DNA of 59,850 nt from a virus (lineage: Duplodnaviria; Caudoviricetes). The notes below the pieces were generated by a model. That model made no database searches, was not told the DNA's origin, and worked only from the letters and a program-made list of their open reading frames with translations. Where the stretch lies: IMG/VR virus record IMGVR_UViG_3300030098_002885, positions 1-59,850 of that record. One strand, written 5' to 3'. Positions 28,101-38,100 of the stretch are shown here, in pieces. The position numbers and the translations under genes were made by a program. Every line of letters starts with the position of its first letter. Position 1 is the stretch's first letter.

Positions 28101-31100
28101 AGCGGAACCCCAACGCAGAGCCTTTCGAGACATGGCAGTTACAAGCCTTAGGCTGGATTGCTATTCGGGCTGAGTTGAACGCTAAGAAAGGAGATGTGTC
28201 TCAATACGATGACTATGATCAAGTCATTGAGGTGGCTTTTGATCGTATGGATAAGGCTGGTATTAATGTCTCTGCGAGAGAATTATCGCCAGCCGTTCTT
28301 TCGGACCCCAGAGTTCCTTACGCTCTTAGGGATACCCTCCAAGATTTTGAGCAGAGGCCTACCGCTACTGTAGAAACCCTAACAAAGAATACCCCTGTCG
28401 GTAAGGCTTTCGATGTTGTAGCTGACATACTACCCACGCTAGAGAAGACTACGCAGTACCAGAAAACTTTAGATGGTATTCAACGTAGAACTCTTTCCGC
28501 TCTAAAGAACAAGGGAAGAGGGGAAGCTATCGTTACTGATCTCTGGCAAGGCATCACAGGTTCCTCTGAGAAATTATCTCGTATGGATATTGGTATCGGA
28601 ACTTTTGAGGGTGAGCCTAATTGGAATGTCCGTCTACCTTTAAAAGGTATGAATGATGAGCATCGTGGGGTGTTCCTATCTATATTAGGTTTAGTATTCC
28701 AGCAGTCTGCTATGGCGGCTCACCAACTTCTACCCGCCAGACCTAATAGAAAAGCGCGGGATGGGTACACCAGAACTTATAGGGTATTTGTTAGTACTCT
28801 GGATCGGGACAAAATAGGTCAAAACGAGATTGCTCAGTTAGATTCGGCTTTGGGGATACCTCTTAGCGCACATCGTCAAGCTAACGGGTGGACTATTGAT
28901 TTCATGGTTGGAGGGTTTGAAGGTGTAACCCTCAATCGTAGAATAATTACCGATGCTATCAACCGTACTGACCTTAAAGACCTAGGTGATATCTTCATAA
29001 GTCCCATGGATTATCGTGCCGTTCCGGGATTAGACTATGTAGAAGCCGAAGCAAACGAACACTGGTTAGACCCCCAGACGGGTGCTATGGTGCAGATCGG
29101 GTACGAAAAGCAAATTCAGAATTTTGTGGAAGGAATTCATAATGTCGCAATCGCGGAAATCTCAGGCCTCGACACAAGGGTCAACGTCAGGGAAGCGAAA
29201 GCCTTCTTTGAAGGCGACCACGCAAACCTCTACTTCTTCAGAAAGTTCAAGTCAGGTAAGATCGAAAGGAAAGATGTACCCAAGTCTGTCCTTAAAAGAG
29301 CAGAAAAAATTAGGGCTGAACACAGACGGAGAGTTGATAATCTCCGTAAGGTAGAGGCCAAGCTCTTAGCCCTCTTTGGGGAACAAGAACTGCAACAGCA
29401 GAACTTCTTAAAAACGGTACTTCCTAAAATATGGGATCAGCTTTCTAAAGATCAGCAAGAAGCCCTTGGCAGACCCTTCACTCCTGTCCCAGAGATAGCG
29501 GCAGAGAATCAAACTGAAAGCGCGAGTGAGCTATTCAAGAACTATGAAGAGGTTAGCAGGGAATACTCTATCCTAGACAGTAAGTCTCAGGCCGAACAGC
29601 GTCAGATGATGAACCGCCTGACTCGCGGTACATGGAACTTCACGAATATCTTTACTGGTTCTGCTAAAAGAGTTCGCCAATTAGCGGGTAACGTGAAATC
29701 TGCATGGACGCTCTCTAACATATTAGAGCGTGACCAATATGGTAACGTAGACGTAGGCGAGATGGGGTATGCACCTGAGGATGTAAACTCCCAGATCGAA
29801 CAAATGTCTGCTCTCTATAATAAAGAATACAGTGATATTCTGAGAGGTATGACTGAGGAACAGAAACGTGCGCTTCCTCATATCATGCGCGGTAGGGATG
29901 CATATCAAGACAAAGCGACAGGGAAATGGAAGATACCTCTTCCTAAAGGATTCCCTAAAGCTAAAGCTACTCAAATGCGAAAACTTTTAGACCGTATGTG
30001 GGCGGAATTGTCTGCTGTCTATGTTAGCCAAGGCTTAACACCCCCTCCTAAAATAAAGAACTACTTCCCTCAACGCTACCAGTTGAACGGTACAATGGAT
30101 GGTTTTGCAAAAGACCATGTCATGGAACTGTTCTTTGAGTCTGTCTTTACAGGGGCGTTTACCAATGGGCGGCAGAGGGCTAGAGCAGAAGAGGCGGCAA
30201 AGACTGTTGTAGAAAAGATTAAGAACGAACACTATCAACCCGTATGGGGAAATAACTTAGACCTACGGGACGATCAAGATATTGCACAACAGCGTAAAGG
30301 TGCATACAGCCTTACTTCCCCAGAGCTTCGCCGTCTTATTAATCTTGATCCTTATGCTGAACAAGACGTAATTATGCCTGATGGTTCTATCAGAACTCTA
30401 CGGTTAGTAGACTTCTTAGACAATGATACTGGCATGATTATGAATGGCTACATCACGAACATGGTGCGGAGGATTAACTTCGCTAACAGGTTCGGAGTTG
30501 ATGGCAGAATTGTGGCAAACTTCGTTAACCAGTACCAAAGAGATGTGTTCAATAATCCTCTACATGAAGGGGTTCGGGTAAATCCCAGAGGTGAGATTGT
30601 CTACTATCGTAATAAAGATGGAAGTATGCGACTCCATTTAGGTAACCCTGTCCCCATGACGGACCCTAACACACCCCGTGTTCGCGGTAAGATTGACGCA
30701 GACCTTATTGCCGCAGGGATGCCGCCTCTAACAGGGCAACAACGCCAGACTATAATGACTCTCATTAGGGGTAATATGGGGATCATTAGTACAGGAGAGT
30801 TTTATCGTACTGTAAAAGAGCCTATGAACGGGCTGAAGTTTTTCGGAAACCTAAGTCTCCTAGGAATGTCTGCTTGGTCTTCTATTATGGAGCCTATGAT
30901 TATAGGAAGCAGACTAGGGACACTGCCTATGCTGTACGGCCTCGGCGCACAGATACGAGAAATCCTTCGGGTCCCTGTAAAGACAGTTAGGTCCATAGGT
31001 AAAACGTATGCAGATGGGCCGCAACCTAGTACCAGAGATCGGTGGAGTAGGTTCCGCGAACACTATGGATATGACCAAACTGATACCAAAGAGTTTGCTA

Positions 31101-32119
31101 AAGACTTGGGTATTATCTTTGAAGATATGCAGTACGTCTTACAAAACGCTGTAGAGGACTTAACCTCTGTACGATGGGACAAGATGAACAATGTCTTCTT
31201 CCGCGCTAACCTTCTACAGCCTTTAACAGAGATGCAACAAGTAGCCGCTCTTAAAGCTAGTATTCAAGCCTTAGACACTTGGGCGAAGCAAGCTCGTAAA
31301 GGGAATAAGACTGCTATCAGAAATCTTAAAGAGGTTCACGCTTGGGATTATAAAACTAATACAGACCTGTTAGGTAAGTACACGAAGCATGACCCCACTA
31401 ACACCTCTAATGCTGTAGCTAGAGCGGCTCTTCGTCAGATGAACCGTCAGATTATTATGGCTCCAAGTCCGGGGAAAAGACCCCACTGGATGAATGATCC
31501 ACGGTTTATGCTCATTGCCCACATTAAGACATGGGTGTTCACTTTTAACAACACTGTACTCCAACGCTCTTGGAGAGAGTTAATTAAACATGGGAACCCT
31601 TCTCCCTTAATATGGTTGGCAGGGTTTGGTTTCTTGAGTGCTTGGGCCTACGAGCAACGTGAATGGGTGCGATGGGGAGAGGAAGGAAACCCCTATCTAA
31701 ATCGTATAGGTCTAGGTAAAGATAATCAGGCAGAACGCACAATGTACCTTGCGATAGAACGGGGTAACATGGCGGGTCCCTTACAGTTTGCGATAGACAT
31801 GTATACAGGGTCTAGACTAGGAACCTTAGACTTAGGCCCCACCCTTATCCCAACTCTTAATGTTCTATATAGAACTGTAGGGGGTACAGGACGGACCCTT
31901 AACGCTCCATTTACAGACGATCCTAGGAAAGAGTTTAGGGCTGGTTTGAATGATTTAACCCGTGGTCTCCCTATGATTAACGCTATGGGACAGTACAGAA
32001 TTGACGCTATCAATACCATTTCTGGTTATACCCCTAGGGGTAGCGGGTCATCTAGTACAAGAGGAAGGGCTTTAGGAGGTCGGCGCAAAATAAAACGGCG
32101 TAAGTTAGGGTCGAGGTAA
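22172..32119 (+). CDS. Giant internal virion (ejection) polyvalent protein, 3315 aa
   Basis: N-terminal Gly/Ala-rich membrane-like region; central HELVH metallopeptidase with downstream EEVLA; further enzyme-like domains; C-terminal NYFPQRY and helical/hydrophobic region like gp16-type proteins. Confidence 0.75.
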   Translation: MADNTDDLFTNPTTRAASDRLEASKKQLEGMYPAGKAQAFLDATRPKTGPFGQIKGSGMADGLAEIASGFPDYAPLAGEKGTTGTVQGPDDIQDGDFSDSFARAHSNAWKDVGIGLTAVQGNEDDLMVSLEQKYQRRANGLDVDPELWTAEAKTWSEGAKQFFTGKHRFFDRDYWGNFAGGQLPMLESMAVGTGVGAKTGAMYTAWAGPKALIGAGGGALVGAAGGSGAHVYLQTLGGTLTDAYFMYRQKGFGGREAYEKAREVADVDAAKSGAIASLAVFVAPLRLASGATATAGRATVSGISRAVPRVIWSAPAGEAVKTTIKKQLLQQTLIVQPSLELVDTVTSNVIAKNSYDPARVLHQGSVDAVVGSILFDIPTTGGGMMFQRYKRRQALGPNEDGTPGTDGENTFVYAPAFDPEPDQSAPLVPAPLQLEGPRFQVMPQPDGTFVVRDRNESQVYETGTFLAPETKDQLQSGLDQLVQQLQQLEQRANIAEGQGRPDAAIAKIYEKIREVEAQIEAQQALVDGKPTPSNEETAVDLSMVFDNEADAQAEAEARNQHAASEWASPWFPENKTSRASFVQEQIERLAAKDAELRQTEPEYTGDVKFDNAINFLQWLGEADAIIDRINALPIQERNSQKNQALYADAKERLWLLKSLMDPVRIATRPNKIFTSKGITYRVWLDRNGEAFQPKPGNPNWIRVYDQTNKAKGYRDVSVASGELEDISVPLPTNMLLNDPDHLKRIYEVKRRFDETLQLPPSELRLTDQSDPRAPDASVIQTDVDQQKADFDAANELAEQQKAEREAKEEADNESEARFLERSKEVLERKGAEAEAVSPDVGEAAALSQASRPFAVPAAGPDTILVGTGDVRTIPISQGAVRNDWEVEEAEAEAEDAPAPEAVVDIDTDVDTDTQTAAVKADVPLELLESMDAEELAQADAESAARKEVERIEAFAKEHDLESVYDMARENANQTSTEGTWDQRMAGVIERNKKLAPYNEGKNVLNEDTNMDSLPYLNSIIGSFQTLMEDGTFDSPLTEKNELIPKETYDLYRSQKFGEGIRSIEEAVPKTLEAKTDILIKKYEKAQGNTPTRTGPLVDALVGAVQGKKKPATKKIYVYVKYKGETKFVPHQVFEEAEDAKDSTIMSEVEAEIDDLKQQGHKAKKSKKPFPPNVQYSVRPEPLIERVLAFVPQAQKKRVAKVLQMYSDALGPEMDSVRLMSLAQWLSDVDPSTPAETAALLAQFVNKLDGHVERIIAINTDLDTATILNELSHELVHLAVKLKNLPEAGMIEWYRALPENTFYKQKVNTTDAYKNLPEAKKAEEVLAMVLAEMSTQRYGGRLHRESGFQYLLRQILRMFNELYDTITGTNMVNRFLENIRSYGVDVNPVNPMEEFVKASRDAYAKEAWGDGRAAAREEGESAINPHPAGTTEYRFWNMGRDSILLQNKGHTEQENEVQFSIINDPNPVGKGKIGLVYNAMEESEAPKPTRKVYKLMRLFKSKKGLIYPLFARASTGTRSTEAQAFTMGEWYRAEIQKPNDLAERPGIHSLGLPIFEQGNVIMKADNDIRVWAEVEIPTMKKATQKESDSTAILSNGQREGIRERLIGPNESYNFKTNPNAKVGAAGLWPISGSMKIIRFLGNESIAKILTDAGQKEYIPSQKSLWSDADAAKMTEEALKVSEAVKNATNVEEFIPWSELDPTGPPVNLTEMEQVSVQYSVIPQHRRAQRAKPAGQPQQTVGGTDYRSLDLDKTSASVNALNFNVADVWEEVVADYGPEGKALLDRLAAENNGQEVRPRGNAFWLKSLQLPDRARFWYEISSERFLDVFKKFNNPQFIAKFIDTVAATSVLAGPLDNILRAISVTAEMFQNKGIMTDLTDKGQGAGVNKALSDDRLPGDKTGNFAGTMNYLMGLTDTIPLSTNDRQVAAYFNTNGDVLANAPKTAVDAQGNRVKVPSLYDMLSEFHIRLRDRLNQELLERNPNAEPFETWQLQALGWIAIRAELNAKKGDVSQYDDYDQVIEVAFDRMDKAGINVSARELSPAVLSDPRVPYALRDTLQDFEQRPTATVETLTKNTPVGKAFDVVADILPTLEKTTQYQKTLDGIQRRTLSALKNKGRGEAIVTDLWQGITGSSEKLSRMDIGIGTFEGEPNWNVRLPLKGMNDEHRGVFLSILGLVFQQSAMAAHQLLPARPNRKARDGYTRTYRVFVSTLDRDKIGQNEIAQLDSALGIPLSAHRQANGWTIDFMVGGFEGVTLNRRIITDAINRTDLKDLGDIFISPMDYRAVPGLDYVEAEANEHWLDPQTGAMVQIGYEKQIQNFVEGIHNVAIAEISGLDTRVNVREAKAFFEGDHANLYFFRKFKSGKIERKDVPKSVLKRAEKIRAEHRRRVDNLRKVEAKLLALFGEQELQQQNFLKTVLPKIWDQLSKDQQEALGRPFTPVPEIAAENQTESASELFKNYEEVSREYSILDSKSQAEQRQMMNRLTRGTWNFTNIFTGSAKRVRQLAGNVKSAWTLSNILERDQYGNVDVGEMGYAPEDVNSQIEQMSALYNKEYSDILRGMTEEQKRALPHIMRGRDAYQDKATGKWKIPLPKGFPKAKATQMRKLLDRMWAELSAVYVSQGLTPPPKIKNYFPQRYQLNGTMDGFAKDHVMELFFESVFTGAFTNGRQRARAEEAAKTVVEKIKNEHYQPVWGNNLDLRDDQDIAQQRKGAYSLTSPELRRLINLDPYAEQDVIMPDGSIRTLRLVDFLDNDTGMIMNGYITNMVRRINFANRFGVDGRIVANFVNQYQRDVFNNPLHEGVRVNPRGEIVYYRNKDGSMRLHLGNPVPMTDPNTPRVRGKIDADLIAAGMPPLTGQQRQTIMTLIRGNMGIISTGEFYRTVKEPMNGLKFFGNLSLLGMSAWSSIMEPMIIGSRLGTLPMLYGLGAQIREILRVPVKTVRSIGKTYADGPQPSTRDRWSRFREHYGYDQTDTKEFAKDLGIIFEDMQYVLQNAVEDLTSVRWDKMNNVFFRANLLQPLTEMQQVAALKASIQALDTWAKQARKGNKTAIRNLKEVHAWDYKTNTDLLGKYTKHDPTNTSNAVARAALRQMNRQIIMAPSPGKRPHWMNDPRFMLIAHIKTWVFTFNNTVLQRSWRELIKHGNPSPLIWLAGFGFLSAWAYEQREWVRWGEEGNPYLNRIGLGKDNQAERTMYLAIERGNMAGPLQFAIDMYTGSRLGTLDLGPTLIPTLNVLYRTVGGTGRTLNAPFTDDPRKEFRAGLNDLTRGLPMINAMGQYRIDAINTISGYTPRGSGSSSTRGRALGGRRKIKRRKLGSR

Positions 32120-32126
32120 ATAACAG

Positions 32127-35100
32127 ATGGCAATCAAGACTACTCGCTATGGCGTGGGAGATGAAATAAACAAGCCTATTGTACCTCCCTTAGAACAGGG
32201 AAAGACTTTTTCTTTTCCCTATAAAGCTACAGATAACCAGAACTCTATGTCTACTGAGGCGGGGGTCCACCTTCTAATCATAGAGGGCGGAAGACTTCTC
32301 TTTACCAATGATAGCGGCACATGGGAGCCAACCTTTGGGGCCACTGAGATTACTATCACATGGAATCACAGAGAGAAGCGACTGGATTATAAAGATGAAG
32401 CGGTCTTTATCTTTAATGCTTTTACCAAACAGAGTGAAGGTATGTCGCATTATAGATATGTCGCAACAGGAGGACAGACTACATTCTCTGGTGCAGATGC
32501 TGACGGTAATACCTTATCATATTCTGTAGCTGACGCGGTTCAAGTATTCCAAAACGGTAGCTATGTCCCGCAGACAGACTACACTGCGACAAGCCTCACA
32601 AGTATTGTCTTAGACACAGGAGCTTCCGCCTCAGACACTATTACTGTCTGGGCATTACAGACATTAGTGGATCAGACAGAGCTTGTGTCTGCTATTAATA
32701 GCACTAGTGCCTCTGCGACTTCTGCCACCACTTCAGCAACAAATGCTAGTAATGATGCAGATGATGCGGAGAAATGGGCTAACCATACTTTTAATACGTT
32801 ATTCACTCTGAGTGACGGAGTTACTACAGGCTACTCGGCAAAATCTAGGGCTGTAGATGCTGAGAGGTTTGCTGAGTTTACAATAGGGCAGACCTTCGCG
32901 GCTACTGGAGAGAATACTTCTACACATTATTCTGCCAAACACTACGCAAATGATGCCGCTAATTCTGCGTCTTCCGCCAGTACTTCCGCTACTTCTACCA
33001 CTAACAGTGCCGCCGCCGCCGCCGCTTCTGCTACTGCCGCGCAAAACGCACTGGATTCTTTTGAAGCAATATATCTTGGAGCGTCTGCTACTGACCCTAC
33101 TACAGACAGTAATGGTGACCCGCTTACGGTGGGAGACCAATACTTCAATACAAGTAATAACACGTTGTATGTGTACAATGGATCATCTTGGCAAACAGCG
33201 GGAACGCCCTATTCGTTGGCGGGGTTGTCTGACGTAGACAACTCTATGTCTCCTTCATCAGGACAGGTCCTTCAGTACGATGGGTCTGACTGGGATGCGG
33301 CTACCTTAAACCTTACGACAACTTTAGCATCTCTCACAGACACCAACTTAACCAGTATCCAAGATGATCAAGTCCTCCAGTACGACAACGCGAGTAGTCA
33401 GTGGAAGAACGCGACATTAAATTTAACCACTACATTGGCCTCTCTAACAGACACTAATATTAGTGGTATTCAAGACGATCATATTCTCCGTTACGACAGT
33501 GCAAGTGGTGAGTGGAAGAATGAGATACCCGGCTATCTTACAAGTTCTAACCCTCTTGCTTCTCTTAGTGATGTTGCGATGTACTCAGGACAAAGCTCTG
33601 GGGATGTCCTCGCATGGGACGGGAGTCAATGGGATGCTACTAGCGGTTATCTTACATCTATAAGTAGTCAGTCTATTGAAGACCTCAATGATGTAGCATC
33701 TATGACACCCAGTAATGGAGATGTCCTCACTTGGGATGGGTCTCAGTGGGGTGCAGAAAGCGGTCTTACAAGCGGTAGCTCTATTGAAGACCTTGCTGAT
33801 GTAGCGACGATGAATAAAGGTGCTAATGACCTTCTCTACTGGGATGGGAGTGAATGGTCTAATAGCCAAAACCCCGGAAGTTTCTTGACATCTATCAGCG
33901 GGTCTTCGATCAAAGATTTGAGTGATGTTAACTCTTCTATGTCCCCCAGCACGAACAACCTCCTCAAGTGGAGTGGGTCAGAGTGGACGGCAGATTCAAG
34001 CACCTATCTCACAAACTCTAGTTCTATCGAAGACCTGACTGATGTTGGATCATTCTCGCCATCTATGGGCGACCTTCTAAAGTGGAATGGCTCAGAGTGG
34101 AATATTGGGAACACCTCTCTTGCCGAGTTAACTGATACGAATATCTCATCCCCACAAGCTAATCAGTTTATTCGTTATGACAGTGCCAACAGTAACTGGA
34201 GAAACGAAGATGTAACTATCCCATCAACTATGACGGACCTCTCTGATGTTAATAACAGTATGTCCCCAAGCTCTGGGGACGTATTGACCTACTCAGGATC
34301 AGAGTGGAATTCGAGTGGTGACTTTCTTACTGGTAATGACAGTATTGAGAACCTCAATGACGTAGCCGCAATGACCCCTAGTACAGGAGACCATCTCTAC
34401 TACAACGGGTCACAGTGGACCAACGACAGCACCGTACTTACCACCTCTGACAATCTTGATGACCTCAATAATGTTCAGAATTCCATGGCTCCTTCGACAG
34501 GTGATCACCTATATTGGGACGGCAGTCAGTGGAATAAATCCACCACCACACTCACAACGACAAGTCCACTTAACTCCTTGACGGATGTTAATGCTGGGTC
34601 TCCCAACAATGGGGATAATCTTTCTTGGGACGGAAGTGCATGGGTCCCTGTAAGCTCTAGCGGCACTCTCGCTGGTTTAACTGACACTAGCATCAGTTCT
34701 CCCTCAACTGGACAAGGCTTGGAATTTAATGGTTCGTCTTGGGTTAACTCTTCTAGTTTCTTAGTTAGTACCAGTAACTGGAGTGCGCTAAGTAACGTAG
34801 ACAGTTCCACAGACACAGCCAGTGCCGGGGAGGGTATTAGATTTAACGGCTCGTATTGGATAGCTGGGTATCCTGAGAAATCAGAAATTAATGAGGACTC
34901 CAGTACTAGTTCGACAGGGAACATCTTATGGACGACCGCCACCTCTAGCACAGATGAATCGCTATATATAAGTAATACTTATTTAGCATGGAACGCTAAT
35001 GCTAAAGAGTTCACGCTTGGGTCAGGGGGAAAGTTTATTGCCCCTCATATTGACATCGCTCACGCTGAAATTGACCAGCTTAACAACTTCAACATTCCTA

Positions 35101-38100
35101 CATCTGGTGGTAGTTCTGGACAGTTCTTAAAGACAGACGGGGGAAGCCCCGTGTCCAACGTGACTTGGTCAAAGGGTACTATTCAAATCACTAACAATAC
35201 TACTGACTCTTCTGATCAGCCTGTCTTATGGAGTACACAGACAGGAGATGTAGATGAAATCTTCCACTCCAGTGGTAACCTAACGTACAACGCTCAATAC
35301 AATACCCTCAAATTAGGTAGCGGGATGATTGAAGCCGCGAGCATTAATTACCCCAATGGTAATCTTAGTATTGAGGGGATGGACTGGCCTAGCTCCGCAG
35401 GGAACAGTGGAGAGTTCCTACAAACAGACGGGAGTACCTCTCTAACATGGGCTTCTGCTGGGGGAATTACTGTCACAGACGATGTCTCAGGGAACAGTGA
35501 TCGCTCTCTATTATGGGCAAGTGGTACAGGAAGTCAGAACACAATCTACACATCTAGCGGTGAGCTAACATACAACCCTTATTATAATACTATGAATCTC
35601 TACTCAGGGACCCTTAATGTACAACACATTGAGTATGATAGCGGTAATCTTAGTATTGAGGGGATGGAATGGCCTAGTGGTGCAGGGTCTAACGGGCAAG
35701 TTCTAACAACAGATGGAAGTACCACACTCTCATGGACTTCAGTATCCAGCGGAGGTGCGTCTGCTATAGACGGCCTGAGTGACGCAAAGTCTGGCGGTAC
35801 TGGGTTCGGGAGCAGTTTGAAGCTAGGCGACTCTGGCACAGGAACTTTAAACAACGCATACTATAATGTTTTTGTTGGGATAGATTCTGGCACTGATATT
35901 ACAGAGGGAGATCACAATACTGCTGTAGGATATAGCTCTCTAAATTATGTGACAACTGGATACGAGAACACTTCTCTGGGTAGTTACTCAGGGGGTAACA
36001 TACTTGGCGGGTATTGTAATGTTACTGTAGGATATTATGCAGGGTATAACCTCAACAGTGGTTATGAAAACATCCTTATAGGGAAGAACGCTGGAAAGGA
36101 TATACAGACTGGCTACGACAATACAATCATCGGTAATTACTCTGGGTCATCAAGTCTGACTGGGGAGGTGTGGATAGGAGCCGCTGGATCAGAGCGGATT
36201 AAAATCAATAGTTCTGGCGAGATGACCGTCAACGCTTCCTTTACACTTCCGTCTAGCGATGGGTCAGCTAATCAGGTTCTCCAAACCAACGGGTCTGGGA
36301 CTGTGTCATGGGCAACTGCTGGTGGGGGTGCTTCAAGTCTAAACGATTTAAGTGACGTAGTATTTGATACTACAAATTTCAGTAACTCATTAATGTTAGG
36401 GGATACGCCTAGTGGCACACTTAACAATGCAGACTACAACACATTTGTAGGATTTGGAACTGGGTTAAACGTTACATCAGGAACCTATAATGCGGCTTTA
36501 GGTAAAGGTTCTCTCCTTAATTTAACATCGGGAGATAACAATGTTGCTATGGGACAAGAAGCCCTTAGTACCATCCAAACAACTGATGAGAATACTGCAA
36601 TAGGTAAGCACTCAATGAGGGCTACCAACGGCACATACAATACAGGGCTAGGCGCAGACTCAGGGTTTAGGCACGTTGGTGATGGAGCTACCTACATTGG
36701 ACATTCTGCTGGTCTTCAAATGTATACGGGAGACTACAATACTTATGTAGGTTACAAAGCTGGATATGGCGGTGCTTTATGGACTGCAACAGGAGACTAC
36801 AACATAGCTTTGGGTGTTGAGGCACTTGAAGGTGTTACTTCGGGAACGGGTAATATTGCTGTAGGCTACCAAGCTGGCGATAATATAACCTCTGCTGACT
36901 ATAACACGATCATTGGGTACGACTTAGACCCCGACTCAGCAACTACTGGAGGGGAAGTTGTAATCGGAACAAACACTCGCCGTATTCACATTGATAATTC
37001 TGGCGGCGTACAATTCAACTCAGCCTTTAGGTTTCCAACTGCTGATGGCACATCTAATCAGGTACTACAAACAAATGGATCAGGTGCTGTATCATGGGCA
37101 ACAGTCTCAGGTGGTGGGGGCGGTGGTGCTTCTGATTTAGATGATTTGAGTGACGTAAAGAAAGGCGGGACCGACTTCACAGACAGTATGATGATAGGAG
37201 CTACCTCAACAGGTACTCTATCATCAGCCTCAGATAATTTATTTATTGGTACTTCTGGAGCGGGGGATGCACTTACCTCTGGAACTTATAATATAGGGAT
37301 CGGTAACTTTAGCCTTAGTAGTGTACAGGACGGGGCTAGCAACATTGGAGTTGGTTACAGCGCAGGGCATAGTAATAATGAAAGTTACGGAATCTTTATT
37401 GGTCATCAAGCGGCTCAGTATGTAACTGGAGCTTCTCCTACCATTATAGGATACCACGCGGCGAGAGGGGTTAGTGGGCAGACTACAGCCGCATACACCA
37501 CAGCGATTGGGTTTGAAGCTGGGTACGGTGTCACAACCGCTCAGTTCGGTGTTCATCTTGGTCATAGAGCCGGGAAGTCTGTTACGACAGGTGGCTACAG
37601 TGTCAACCTAGGTGCTTTCGCTGGACAAGATACCAGCACAGGCGACAGTAATACCAATATCGGATATGAGGCTGGACGGCACGGCAACAATATAGGGAAC
37701 GTCTATATAGGAAGGCTCTCTGGACACGGTGTCAGTTCAGTTACGGGGGCTAACTATAATGTAGGTGTTGGGTACAACACTCTAACTGCTATCACCTCTG
37801 GTGAAGGTAATGTATGTATCGGCAAGGACGCTGGCGACAGCATAACGTCTGCCGATAACAATACCATCATTGGTACAGGGATGGACCCAGATTCAGCTAC
37901 GGCTGGTGGTGAGATAGTTATTGGCACGGACACCCGCCGTATCCATGTCGATAACACGGGCGCAGTACAATTCAACTCAGCGTTTAGATTCCCAGCCGCA
38001 GACGGATCAGCAAACCAAGTCCTAGAGACAGACGGGTCAGGCACACTATCGTGGGCTACAGTCTCAGGCGGCGGCGGCTCTTCTACTCTTAGCGGTCTCA

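Noticed and set aside
22172-32119. Giant ORF as an N4-like virion RNA polymerase
   Set aside because: I could not find recognisable polymerase motifs; peptidase and ejection-protein features fit better.
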